64,000 nucleotides of DNA from Octopus vulgaris. Its lineage: Eukaryota. Within the stretch, counting starts at the first letter, position 1; each line of letters opens with the position of its first letter. Shown here piece after piece: positions 28,530 through 41,568 of this stretch. The position numbers were made by a program, and so were the translations under genes. Under the pieces are notes generated by a model that ran no database searches, had not been told where the DNA came from, and saw nothing but the letters and a program-made list of their open reading frames with translations. The DNA is taken from the NCBI GenBank assembly GCA_951406725.2, contig OX597815.1, positions 43,586,001 through 43,650,000 on the forward strand, written 5' to 3'.

Positions 28530-28740
28530 CATACATCACATGATCCCGTGATCGTATGACCGACCAGGCTATCAGATGTCGTTACACACCGCTGGTTACA
28601 ATGCGCATTTGCATTCATTTACCTTTCAAATGACGCCACTCCGCTGGCTATATGAGCAAACCAACAACGCGCCGCCCACTCGGGGAATTGAACCCACGTT
28701 CTAGTGATTGTGAGTACAACAGCCAAACCACTAGGCCCCC
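28530..28740 (-). mobile_element. tRNA-derived SINE (C-like head)
   Basis: Minus: GGGGGCCTAGTGGTTTGG...GGGTTCAATTCCCCGAGTGGGCG head with A/B boxes. Confidence 0.65.
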
Positions 28741-29457
28741 CCCACGCGCACGCGCGCACACACACACACACACAAATATATTTGTATGTATATGTATGCA
28801 TATAAGGTTTCCTGCAAGAATCAAAACCAAGTTATTGGACACATAAATACTTATGCATATACTCACTAACGCACGTTAATATGTTTATATAATGTGTGCA
28901 TATGTGTGTATGCGTGAATAGGATTACTGTAGACCGTCCCTCCCATAGTTTAGTACATATTAACAGGTTGAATGACAGCTATACATGGTGACAGGGTGAC
29001 CTGGAAAAAATAATCACAAGTTTAGCTACGAAAAATGTCACAGGAAAAAACATCAGATTCTGTTTAAATACTACAAATAATTAAAGTAATAAAACAAGCT
29101 ATTTTAGATCAGTTATTAACTGACAGAGCATGACTTATACACGTTCTATACATGATGGTATTTCACATGTAAAAAAAAAATCAACTTTTATTCGATTTCT
29201 ACAATAAAGGAAATAAAACAAAATATTTTAGTTTGTCATTTATTGACAATACATGACATGTACAGATTGAAAACGCCTTACATAGTATTGTATATCCAGT
29301 ACTTTTAAAGTTCGATGACTAAGACGAATATTCCAGCCGACGCCACGAAAACACTCTGTCGGTCCTGTAAGTCTCTAGCATTTCCCTGGTGACTATTTTT
29401 TGTGACTTTTTTTGATTTTGGTTCGTTATATAAATCAGTTGTATAAATCGGATAGAG

Positions 29458-29600
29458 CAGTGGTCCCCAACCGGGGTTCATATGGCCCTTGAGAGTCCAT
29501 ATAAGATTTTGTTGTTAAAACTTATGTGCAATAAACTGTTTATATTTCTATAATACACGCAATAACTAAGCATTTTTTAAAAATTCCTAATAAAATTTAG
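29458..29600 (+). mobile_element. hAT-type MITE, one end only
   Basis: CAGTGGTCCCCAACC terminus plus GTCCATATAAGATTTTG, as in 55419-55768. Confidence 0.65.
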
Positions 29601-29719
29601 TAATAATGTAATAGGAATATTGTTGTATTTTGGGACGGTCATTTTTTTGCCAAATAAACACACGCACTGTATGTTAGTTCTTCACTCGTTTATTACTGTT
29701 CTTATTTTAACTCATGTCC

Positions 29720-29764
29720 ATTGTCCGGAAATCTTTCGTTATACATCTGTGACCTCTTCTGCGA
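29720..29764 (-). ncRNA. Decayed hammerhead (core CAGAAGA)
   Basis: CG-CAGAAGA-GGTCACAGATGTATAAC-GAAA-GATTTC^CGGACA; mirror of 29795-29841. Confidence 0.45.
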
Positions 29765-29794
29765 GTGGAGCAAGAGCACACACGAAGACGAAAA

Positions 29795-29841
29795 GTGTCG
29801 CTGAAGAGGTCACAAATGGGTGACGAAAAATTTCCGGACAA
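29795..29841 (+). ncRNA. Type I hammerhead-like motif
   Basis: TGTCG-CTGAAGA-G-GTCAC(AAATGG)GTGAC-GAAA-AATT-TC^CGGACA: 5-bp stem II, AAATTT palindromic stem III, stem I with one bulge. Confidence 0.6.
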
Positions 29842-30463
29842 TGAATATGAGTTAGAATAAGAACAGTAATAATAAACGAGTGAAGAACAAATAAAATAGT
29901 TCGTGTGTTTATTCGACAAAAAAAAATGACCGTCCCGAAATACAACAATATCTGCTTCAACACACGATTTCACATCAGTCAAGAGTCTTGCAACACAAAT
30001 GCATAATGTAATAAGAGTTTTAAACATCGAATGGCTATGGGGGTCTTTCCTCACCCCCGAATAAAATCAAAGCGGTCCATTGCCAAAAATGTTTAAGAGC
30101 TACTGGGATAGAGAACATCTGAGAGGCAGGAGATCATTTATTGACACTGAAAGTGGAGATGTGTTTGAAATGGGTTCAGCGCTAAAATCATCGTTAATGT
30201 ACGTTCGTGCTAGTTAATGTTATTTTTAACTCTTAAAACTTCTGTTGTAATGGATTATTAGGATTGCTACTTATCGTATCCGTCTAAATAGCGTCTCTCA
30301 GTTTCTTGTCTGCCTCGCTTCTCATTCCTCTTCACTCTTTTTAACCTCTTCACCTCTCCCTTTTCTGTCGTCAAGCAAATATCAATTTTCTTAAGCTCAG
30401 TCTACCATCATACTCACTTTTCTGTCAACACGTCTTTTAATCAATATTATTCTTTGCTTTGAG

Positions 30464-30760
30464 GTGGCGAGCTGACAGAATTGTTAGCACGCCGGGCAAA
30501 ATGCCTAGCATTATTTCGTCTGCTGCTACGTTCTGAGTTCAAATTCCACCGAGGTCAACTTTGCCTTTCATCCTTTCGGGGTCGATTAAATAAGTACCAG
30601 TTACGCACTGAGGTCGATATAATCGACTTAATCCGTACGTCTGTCCTTGTTTGTTTCCTCTGTGTGTAGCCCCTTGTGGGCAGTAAAGAAATAGGTATTT
30701 AATATTCTGAGTTCAAATTCCACCATAGTCGACTTTGCCCTTTATCCTTTGGGGCCGAAA
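30464..30760 (+). mobile_element. SINE family A plus partial second unit
   Basis: GGTGGCGAGCTGACAGAA head; tail GCAGTAAAGAAATAGGTATTT runs into a second TTCTGAGTTCAAATTCC. Confidence 0.88.
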
Positions 30761-31232
30761 AAATAAAGGACTTTGCCCTGTTCCTCTTACACCCACCCTT
30801 CGACTTACACTTCCCACTATGTTGTTGTTCTTGTGACAAAATTTGGAACCAATATTATCATTCCCTTTAGAGTCAAAATAACAAAAAGAGAAATCAATTC
30901 TATTCAGTTTCTTCCTTTCTCTCTATTTTTTCCAGTTTCTCTCTCTTTCTCTTTTTCTTTCCTTTTTTGTTTGCTTGCTCGCTCATTCGCTTGCTTACTT
31001 CATAGGTATTTACAGATGCGTGTTGAAGGATCGGTCATGACGTTAACCAAACAGACCGGTTACATTACAACGCAGTGTTTAAAATTCTGAAGTTTAATGC
31101 AATTAATTCTGAAGTTTAATGCAATTAATCTTACTTTAGATTAACTATTTTCCATTGGACTGAAGTTTGCGGATTAGCGATCACGAATTCATAAATATTC
31201 CTATAAAAATATCTACGCATACTTAATGATAA

Positions 31233-31298
<66 letters not shown>

Positions 31299-31299
31299 C

Positions 31300-31344
<45 letters not shown>

Positions 31345-31593
31345 TGTGTGTATAATGAAAAAGTGTTTTCTAAATAACTTTAAACAATACACCTGTTATT
31401 ATAATCTGTTGTGTAATTCATTTAATTACTACTACGTTTCCTTATGAATTTGAATCTCCCGGGCGTTAACTTTACCCTTCATACTTCTAGTTGAATATAA
31501 CCAATTACTCTCGTCGACATCGAAGGATTCTAAATGTTAATAAATTACAATAAATTAACAAGTTATAAATTACTGTATTGAAGTTAATAATTA

Positions 31594-31676
<83 letters not shown>

Positions 31677-31829
31677 CGCATATTTGCCATTTGAATATGG
31701 CTAACCCCTAAGGGTGGATGCTACTGTAGTTTGTAGCCCCAGGAAGATATCTCCTCCAGCTGGCTATAGACACACTATCTGTGTCCTCTCAGTATTTGTG
31801 AAGGGAAGTCATTCTCCCCGTCTTCAATT

Positions 31830-31890
31830 CATGATACACACGTACCCGAGTTTCAAGATGTTTACCTTTCATCAGCGTGTGACAATCATG
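31830..31890 (-). ncRNA. Type I hammerhead ribozyme
   Basis: CATGAT-TGT-CACACG-CTGATGA-AAGGT(AAAC)ATCTT-GAAA-C(TCGG)G-TA^CGTGTG-T-ATCATG. Confidence 0.9.
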
Positions 31891-32154
31891 GTTGTCGACG
31901 AGAAGTCAGCTCCTTTCACAAATACATATACAGCTGGATGAGATATCTTCCTGGGGCTACAAACTACAGTAGCATCCTCCATTAGGGGTTAGCCATATTC
32001 AAATGGCAAATATGCGTCACGATGTGTTACCGCTACTGTTTATAACTCGCTCTGAGATTTATCATTGTTTGATTTCACTTTTTCAATATCAGTGTCAATC
32101 GACACTGGATAAAGTTTATGTATTTGTGAAGGGAGCTGACTTCTCGTCGACAAC

Positions 32155-32215
32155 CATGATTGTCACACGCTGATGATAGGTAAACACCTTGAAACTCGGG
32201 TCCGTGTGTATCATG
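32155..32215 (+). ncRNA. Type I hammerhead ribozyme
   Basis: CATGAT-TGT-CACACG-CTGATGA-T-AGGT(AAAC)ACCT-T-GAAA-C(TCGG)G-TC^CGTGTG-T-ATCATG; predicted cleavage after 32202. Confidence 0.88.
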
Positions 32216-32415
32216 AGTTGAAGACGGGGAGGATGACTTCCCTTCACAAATACTGAGAAGACACAGATAGTGTGTCTATAGCCAGCTGGAGGAGATATCT
32301 TCCTGGGGCTACAAACTACAGTAGCATCCACCCTTAGGGGTTAGCCATATTCAAATAGCAAATATGCGTCACGATGTGTTACCGCTACCGTTTATAACTC
32401 GCTCTGAGATTTATC

Positions 32416-32453
<38 letters not shown>

Positions 32454-32468
32454 CATACATACATACAT

Positions 32469-32571
<103 letters not shown>

Positions 32572-32578
32572 CCAATGC

Positions 32579-33120
32579 ATGAAAGTTGCTGGCATGTTTA
32601 TTCCCAAAGAACAGAACTCACGCACCGTCAATGTCAATCAGTTCAGATCAATGTCACTTCTCAAAGTTGAGGAAAAAAATCTCATTTATTGCAGTAAGGT
32701 AAACTAAATATTTCACAGATAACAAATATCGGTGCTTGCAGTTAATATTGATACCGAAGCTCCTATGTCTTTTGCAGATTATAATATCAGAACTAGTACA
32801 GGGGAAATAGTGGAGGCCAAAATAAAGCACGCAATGCAGTGGTTGCATATTTTACTTGGTCTGGTCTCACTATTTTTGCTCTCTAATATCGCCTGGTAAA
32901 GCTGAATTTACCCCTTAAGTCGACCGTGGAGAAGTACGAGATCGGAAAAGTAAGACTCTTGTATATTTGAGAACTCAAGAGACTGACTTTGTGACAAATA
33001 ACAAGCTGCATGCAAATCAACGAGTGGGGACTAGGTTTGACGGTGTAGTGGACAAAGTCAAAATGGAAAACAAAAGGATATGGTAATACAGGGTAGGATA
33101 CGACCTTCCGTTCTTTAATA
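32579..33120 (+). pseudogene. HERO/R2-superfamily non-LTR RT fragments
   Basis: GMFIPKEQNS..QFRSMSLLKVE and KLNLPLKSTVEKYEIGKVRL, with stops, frameshifts and deletions. Confidence 0.7.
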
Positions 33121-33295
33121 CATAGTGAAATGGGAGGAATCAGGATAACCTTGTATGTCCATTCTGCCAAAGTAAGCAAAAGTTAGATATATCCTGAGCT
33201 CATGCAAAGTAGTTATAGCCATAGTCATATAGATACAATAAAGTGAGTAAGAATAATGTGCATGTAATTTGTATAATTAGAGAAAAGACCATATG

Positions 33296-33676
33296 GAAGC
33301 ACTCCGTCGGTTACGACAACGAGGGTTCCGGTTGATCCGATCAACGGAACAGCCTGCTCGTGAAATTAACGTGTAAGTGGCTGAGCACTCCACAGACACG
33401 TGTACCCTTAACGTAGTTCTCGGGGATATTCAGCGTGACACAGAGAGTGACAAGGCCGGCCCTTTGAAATACAGGTACAACAGAAACAGGAAGTAAGAGT
33501 GAGAGAAAGTTGTGGTGAAAGAGTACAGCAGGGATCACCACCATCCCTGCCGGAGCCTCGTGGAGCTTTAGGTGTTTTCGCTCAATAAACACTCACAACG
33601 CCCGGTCTGGGAATCGAAACCGCGATCCTACGACCGCGAGTCCGCTGCCCTAACCACTGGGCCATTGCGCCTCCAC
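33296..33676 (-). mobile_element. SINE family C, well preserved
   Basis: GTGGAGGCGCAATGGCCCAGTGGTTAGGGCAGCGGACTCGCGGTCGTAGGATCGCGGTTTCGATTCCCAG tRNA-like head; tail GAGAACTACGTTAAGGG...GTAACCGACGGAGTGC. Confidence 0.92.
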
Positions 33677-33789
33677 AGAAACTCAACGAATGTTCTACAC
33701 TAGCAGCAGCAGAATAGTATGAGCGTTAAAAGTTGCGGCGTTCGGGTCATGGAAACGAGGTCTTCTAGAAGGAGCAAAGAGAGAAATGC

Positions 33790-34095
33790 ATAGCAAACCT
33801 TCTAAAATAAAAAGAATACCCCAGATATCATCGACTCCCGTGGCATGTGTTTACATATTGCATAGAAAATCACTTTCATCAAAAGAAGGGATTCTAATTA
33901 AACTCATATATGAAAACAGAGTGGCAGAAGTCCTCATCTACAAGACCAAGAAGTATACCAGTCTAGTCTACAACTTGAAAAAATCCCATTTCCAAGCCAG
34001 AGTCCTCATTATAGCGGTAGAAGCGATAGGTGTTCTGGGTAAATCTGCTTATGATCTCGTAAAACGGCTCTCATCTTCACGGGAAAAGGGGACCA
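33790..34095 (+). pseudogene. Restriction-like endonuclease remnant of the HERO-type element
   Basis: SLSSKEGILIKL..YENRVAEVLIYKTKKYTSLV...ARVLIIAVEAIGVLGKSAYDLVKRL resembles the HERO C-terminus. Confidence 0.55.
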
Positions 34096-34472
34096 CAACT
34101 CAAAAGGTACTGGTAGAATAAGGTGAAAAGAAACCCAAATAGATTTGGTTATGGAGCAATAATGAAAGAGAACTTCTGAAGGAATAAACTAAACTACGAA
34201 CAATTGGTGTTTGATACTGAAGTGACAACAATAACCATGATAACTTGGTAATGAAGCACCTGACCGTCCAGGAAGATGTCGTGTAGAACACAACAGTAGC
34301 AAAATACATAGCGGCAGAGGGTTATCCGGGAGACATCACCTACATACAACCAGGCCTTCTTACACCGTATGGAGTTAATGATCGAAACACTTGAACTAGA
34401 AGTGGTGTGGAAAACCTTCTGGTGTTCTCTGAAAAGTTTCGGGTGTTCAGCTTCTCCACAAAATCATCAATG

Positions 34473-34530
<58 letters not shown>

Positions 34531-34663
34531 AAATAATAAGTGTGAAAAATTGAATATTTAGCGTTTGCTAAATTTTCTTGAGAGCATTTCTTTCTTAGTG
34601 GTAAGACCATAGCGGATATACTAGCATAATGGATGTCCACTTACAAGTCATCCCTCTTATATG

Positions 34664-34767
<104 letters not shown>

Positions 34768-34807
34768 GAGAGTGAGAGATACATACATACATACATACAC
34801 ACTCACA

Positions 34808-34879
<72 letters not shown>

Positions 34880-35162
34880 TACTTACATGCACAACACATT
34901 TATAGAGCGGTTAAAACCATACAAAGCTCAAAAAAGGTATGATGAAATAGAAAAAAATGCGGTTGAACAGCGTAGGAAACGAAAAGGAACGGTATAGGAA
35001 TAAAGTAAAAACGAAACAAGCCAAGATGTGGAGAAAGAAATATTGAGATTAAGGGGTTACAAAAACAAACAGACAAAATCTAAAATTGAAAGGAGTGGTA
35101 GCGAAAAAAAATGAGTAGCGATGATGGTATACACACAACCGCATACATCATATATATATATA

Positions 35163-35462
35163 TCTTTATATATAAAAGTGAAGTTGTGTGTCTGTCTCCT
35201 ACGATTTAGATTCCTAACTACTCCCACATTTTGCGGTGCATTTTAACCAAAAGCAGGTATCTTATAGCCGTGATTCATATCGAGCCCTTCTGGGCATTAG
35301 CGCGCGTCTACGATGAGTCTACTATTTAAAAAAAAATTTACCATCATTTTTTCCCATTTTTAATGCATTTTTTTTGCTATTATATAAGGGAAGTAACTCT
35401 CTAAAAATGCTTATATAGTTATTTCCCTTACAAACCCGAGCAACGCCGGGCGATACTGCTAG
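35163..35462 (+). mobile_element. Non-autonomous Helitron, 300 bp
   Basis: Inserted between A and T; 5' TCTTTATATATAAAAG; 3' hairpin CCCGAGCAACGCCGGG, then CGATACTG-CTAG; no TSD. Confidence 0.88.
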
Positions 35463-35965
35463 TGTATATATATATATATATATATGTTTTTTTTTATATC
35501 CATAAACATGTGTATTGGTCTATAAGTGCTCGTGTGTGAGTATGTTCAATAGAAAATGTGTGCCGGAATGAGTGTCTTTGTCTGGCCAATTAGCCGTTTA
35601 TTGTTGTTTTTCTAGCGTATATTGCAATTTATGAACATAACGTCGTTGGTTATAAATCTTGAATGTGCTTTTGACTCGTTTACTGCATTTTCCATAGCCC
35701 GACTGACAAGAATTCTCTGCGCATCTTATGCGAAATAAACACCGCCATTAAATTTTGTTTGAAGCACTAGCGTATCTGTGATTCCCTCGCCGACATGTGT
35801 GTCTTTCGTTAACACACACACGCACGCACACACACACATACATACATACATACATACATACATACATACATACATACATACATACATACATACATACATA
35901 CATACATACATACATACATACATACATACATACTAACTAACTAACTAAATAAATAAATAAATAAC

Positions 35966-36238
35966 TGGCAATCCGTCGGTTACGACGAAGAGGGTTCCAG
36001 TTGATCCTATTCATAGACACGTGTGCCCTTAACGTAGTTCTCAGGAAGATTCTGCATGACACAAAGCGTGACAAATCCGGCCCTTTAATATACAGATATT
36101 ACGCATTTTTGCCAGCTGAGTGGACTGGAGTAACGTGAAAACAAAAGTCCCTTACACAAAAAAAAAACATCACGTCGATGGGAATTGAACTCACGATCGT
36201 TAGCCGAATTACCTGACAACTAAGCCACGCGCCTTCAC
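35966..36238 (-). mobile_element. SINE family C variant, internally deleted
   Basis: GTGAAGGCGCGTGGCTTAG head, ACTCCAGTCCACTCAGCTGGCAAAAATG domain, shared C tail. Confidence 0.8.
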
Positions 36239-36539
36239 TGCATTCAGAGATACATACAGACGTACAGACGTACGTATGAATATTATATATAAGAACAGTC
36301 AGCATTGGTACTGTATTCAAATTTTCGGCCTGCTTAACCTCTATCGGTCAGTCGAGTGAAGGCTGAAGCAGGCCGAAGCTTTGAACTTACTGTCAACGCT
36401 GCGTTTTAAAAGAATAATAGATATGCATTTCACTGAAAGTATTGAGTAATCTTTCAGTTTAATGTTAATTTGAATTTGGTATAACTTGACATAAAATCAA
36501 ACATATATATACGTCTATTTCTCTCTCTCTCTCTCTCTC

Positions 36540-36743
<204 letters not shown>

Positions 36744-37694
36744 AATATCAAAATAGTTGGAAGCTAATGGTTTCATGTGATAAATAATTGTTTATTATTT
36801 TGTCATCTCATTTTCTTATGCATATATTGGCGTAGCAGGGTGGCTGTGTGATAAGGAGCTCGTTTCTCAACCACACGGTTCCAGGTTCAGGCCCACTGCA
36901 CGAACCTCGGACAAGTGTCTTTTATAGCCTCGGACCGACCAGAGCCACGTGAGTAGATTTGATAGACGATAACTGTAAGAAGTCCGTTGTGTGGTGTGTG
37001 TGTGAGTCTGTATAATGGAGTTTTAGCATGGTCGCCTCCCCAAATGCTGTAGTAGAAAATTCTTATCCAAGGGGCCAAATTTTTGGATCAAAACATTAAT
37101 TTCTTGTGATCTTGTGATTGCGAGCGAATTTCTAAAACAAATAGACATGTCTGTGTGAGTGGCAGATAGCCGTTAGAGAAGGATATCATTTTCCCTAGCA
37201 AAACGATAATGGTTCTATCTTTAATCTTGAAGTCACTCTGTGCACATAATAAAAACAGATTTTTCTACTCTGTCTCACCAAGTTACGTGTACCTGTCTTC
37301 CACATAAGTAATGTGGGACTATTGGTACACAGCGCTAAAAACAAATGCAAAACTTGAGAGACGTGGGTGGCTAAGTTCAACGAATCAATGAGTTTGAGAT
37401 TGATATCTATATATAAAGTATTACTTTTGTGGATTTTGTGTTTATCAATGTTTACGCAGAGAGCTTTAAATGGACTAGATAACTTAAGCACTAAATTCTA
37501 TATGGATTAGTGTGTTGACTTATGTTTCAGAGTTCGAATTGTACGAAGTACGACTGGGTTTTTTTTTATTTCTCATCAGAAGGTAAAATAAATAATACTC
37601 TTTGAATAGTCAATTGATTATTTAGTGTTCTGTAGTGCATATAGTTAGATATGTTGGCTCCAGACTATATGTCATCGTATATAGATATTTATAT

Positions 37695-37935
37695 ACTTAC
37701 TCTTTTACTCTTTTACTTGTTTCAGTTATTTGACTGCGGCCATGCTGGAGCACCGCCTTTAGTCGAGCAAATCGACCCCGGGACTTATTCTTTGTAAGCC
37801 TTATTCTATCGATCTGTTTTGCCGAACCGCTATATTACGGGAACGTAAACACACCAGCATCGGTTGTCAAGCGATATTGGGAGGACAAACACAGACACAC
37901 AAGCACATACATACATACATACATACATACATACA

Positions 37936-38004
<69 letters not shown>

Positions 38005-38165
38005 TTAAACGACGGGCTTCTTTCAGTTTCCGTCCACCAAATCCACTCACAAGGCTTTGGTCGGGCCGAGGCTATAGTAGAAGACACTTACCCAAGGTGT
38101 CACGCAGTGGGACTGAACCCGGAACCATATGATTCGTAAGCAAGCTACTTACCACACAGCCACTG
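37695..38165 (-). mobile_element. SINE family B
   Basis: Complete 3' part, internal (TACA)/(TA), head GTGGCTGTGTGGTAAG at the right end. Confidence 0.9.
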
Positions 38166-38262
38166 TAAGTATATATATATACTTAGGGATGCGTCCTCTA
38201 CTATAACCTTGTAATGTCTTGTGAGTGGATTTAGCAGACGGAAAGTGAAAGAAGTCCGTCGC

Positions 38263-38314
<52 letters not shown>

Positions 38315-38688
38315 TTGCATGTGTATATATTGTATGGTAATATGATTATTTTCAGCATAAAATGTATATATGTATGAAAGTACGAGGGAAGAAATTTGCT
38401 GGAGAAATAGGGATAAGGGTGTGTGTCAGTATGTATGTGTGTGCGTGTGTGTGTGAGAGAGAGTATGTGTGTTTGCGTCTGTTTTTATCGCCTCCACAGC
38501 TTGACAACCGGTGTTGGTGTGATTACGCACTCGTTAACTAGCTGTTCGGCCACGGACCCGATAAAATAAATACCGGGTTTTAAAATGAAAATAGATGCTA
38601 GAGTTGATTCATTCGACAATTCTTGAAAGCGGTGCCTCAGCATGTGTATGTGTGTGTATGTATGTGTTTATGTGTGTGTTTCTGTGTT

Positions 38689-38733
<45 letters not shown>

Positions 38734-39423
38734 TGTGATAATATATCATTATTTTGAGCGTAAAATGTATATATATGTATGAAGGTACGAGGAGAAGAAA
38801 TTTGTTGGAGAAAAATTAAGAAGGGTGAGACATTAAAATTACCGAATTACTGACGTTGCTAGAGAAAAAAGGTGTAATATGCGATTATGCCAACGTCATC
38901 CTCCTTCCCGTTACCACTGCCAACATCATCAACATCAGCATCAGCATCACCATCATCATCAAGATCAGCATTATCACAACCAAACCAGCCGGCGCCGACT
39001 TTCGGCTCTGGGAATGCCATCTTTAACTGGCAGCAGGATAAGGAATCGTGTTAAAACATCTATGCATACACATACACTTTGCATAGAAGCGAACTTCCAG
39101 TTTTTTCCTAAATTTAGCCTCAGCTTCCAGAACTATCATCGTTACCCAGCTTCTGCCTCCTTTCCTCTGTCTCCCTCTCTCTCTTCCCCCTCTCTCTCCC
39201 TCCCCCTATCTCTCCCTCCCCCTATCTCTCCCTCCCCATCTCTCACTCTTTGTTAGTGTATATATATGTATGAATGTATATTGGTATGTATGTATGTATG
39301 TATGTATGTACGTATGTATGTATGTATGTATGTATGTGCGTAAGAGTATATGAGTATATATGTGTAAGTATACATAAATATTTTTCTAACCATCTATCTA
39401 TGTATCTATCTATCTATCTATCT

Positions 39424-39479
<56 letters not shown>

Positions 39480-39483
39480 CCTA

Positions 39484-39558
<75 letters not shown>

Positions 39559-39910
39559 GTTATAACTTGTTTTACACAGCTTTAGCCATTGTTGGCCCAG
39601 GTTATATGGTATGTAAGCAATGGAATATTCTTTTAAGTAATGTTTTAGGATGTTATAGCCAACTCGAGTAGACAGTTGTTGTTTGCCAAAATATATCCGG
39701 GTGTTGGTAATTTGTCTGGCATAATTATATGTGTGTGTGTGTGTGCGTTTGTGTGTGTGTGTGTGCGTTTGTGTGTGTGTGTGTGTCGGTCAATATATAT
39801 ATATATATATATATAATATAGGCTAAACTAGATTTATCAAATGCTACGTACCTCCACTTCCTGACCAAGGCGACATCAAAATACATATATATGCATGTAT
39901 ATATAAACAC

Positions 39911-39969
<59 letters not shown>

Positions 39970-39984
39970 GTATACATATATATT

Positions 39985-40383
39985 CTTTTATTCTTTTGCT
40001 TGTTTCATTCATTTGACTGCGGCCAAGCTGGAGCACCGCCTTTAGTCGAACAAATCGACCCCAGGACTTATTCTTTGTAAGCTTAGTACTTATTATATCG
40101 GTCTTTTTTGCCGAACCTTTAAGTTACGGGGACATAAACACACCAACATCGGGTGTCAAGCGATGGTGGGGGAAATAAAAACAGACACACACACAAATAT
40201 ATTCGTATATATGTATACGACGGGCTTCTTTCAGTTTCCGTCTATTAAATCTACCTACAAGACTTTGGTCGGCTCAAATCTATAGTAGAAGACACTTGCC
40301 CAAGGTGCGAGGCAGTTGGAGTGTACCTGGAACCATGTGTTTGGGAAACTAGCTTCTTACCACACAGCTACTCCTGCACCTAT
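39985..40383 (-). mobile_element. SINE family B
   Basis: Head GGTGCAGGAGTAGCTGTGTGG at about 40360-40380. Confidence 0.9.
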
Positions 40384-40395
40384 ACATATATTTAT

Positions 40396-40625
40396 GCGGC
40401 GAGCTGGCAGAAACGTTAGCACGCCTGGCGAAATGCATAGCCGTATTTCGTCTGTCGTTATGTTCCGAGTTCAAATTCCGCCGAGGTCGACTTTGCCTTT
40501 CATCCTTTCGGAGTCGATAAATTAAGTACCAATTACGCATTGGAATCGATGTAATCGACTTAGTCCGTTTGTCTGTCCTTGTTTGTCCCCTCTGTGTTTA
40601 GCCCCTTGTGGGTAGTAAAGAAATA
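40396..40625 (+). mobile_element. SINE family A, full length
   Basis: GCGGCGAGCTGGCAGAAACG head through GTAGTAAAGAAATA; head-to-head with the family B copy. Confidence 0.92.
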
Positions 40626-40889
40626 TATACATATATTTATATATGTATGTGCAAGTATATATATATATATATATATTCGTTTTTAGATTCGGTTTGCAAG
40701 ATTCTTTATGTGAGTTCGTGTGTTGAAACATATTCTGTTGTGTCTGGTAACTTTCCACTCATTTACTTATTTCTTTTTCTAAATTTTCGTTACGTCTTGC
40801 AACCTTGGGTTAACATGGGTAATTTATACCGGTAGTAAAACGGATAATCTTATCCCTCAGACGGTTATTCTAACCGCTAACTCTACTAA

Positions 40890-40945
<56 letters not shown>

Positions 40946-41030
40946 TGCACATACATTGTTTTATTCTTTTACTAGTTTCAGCTCAAGAACTGCGGGCATG
41001 CTGCGGCTCCGTTATTGGTTTTATATATAA

Positions 41031-41122
<92 letters not shown>

Positions 41123-41124
41123 TA

Positions 41125-41412
41125 GGACATTCCGTCGGTTACAACGTCGAGGTTAGCAGTTGATGGGTTTAATGGTAAAGCCTGCTCATGAAATTTACGT
41201 GCATGTGGCTGAGCACTCCGTAGACTCGTATACCCATAACGTAGTTCTCAGAGAGATTGAGCGTAAAACAGAATGCAGGTACAGCTCGGTTTTGGCAGTT
41301 GAGTGGCCTGGAGCAGCACGAAATAAAGTGTCTTGTTTAAGGACATAGCGCGACGCCAGTAACCGTCTCACGGTCGTGAGCCGAATACTCTAAGCACTAA
41401 GCCACGGGCCTC
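41125..41412 (-). mobile_element. SINE family C variant
   Basis: CATTCCGTCGGTTACAACG tail complement; GAGGCCCGTGGCTTAGTG head. Confidence 0.8.
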
Positions 41413-41413
41413 A

Positions 41414-41568
<155 letters not shown>

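Larger units (their letters stand above)
29618..29952. mobile_element. Fold-back element with divergent hammerhead-like motifs
   Basis: Imperfect inverted arms of about 145 bp (29618-29763 / 29800-29952) with a spacer of about 35 bp. Confidence 0.85.
31673..32420. mobile_element. Hammerhead-containing non-coding element (about 300 bp), one inverted and two direct copies
   Basis: Copy 1 (-) 31673-31928; 3' partial (+) 31932-32068; copy 2 (+) 32118-32420. Confidence 0.9.

Noticed and set aside
33600-33676. tRNA gene
   Set aside because: The tRNA-like head runs into a SINE body; no closed acceptor stem or terminator.
36315-36385. Small inverted repeat with GGCCGAAA and CTGACCGA
   Set aside because: The core is corrupted on both arms and stem I is absent; at best a very old remnant.
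40830-40870. Minus-strand CTGA-GGGATAAGATTATCC hairpin
   Set aside because: It lacks NGA and the whole GAAA/stem III half.
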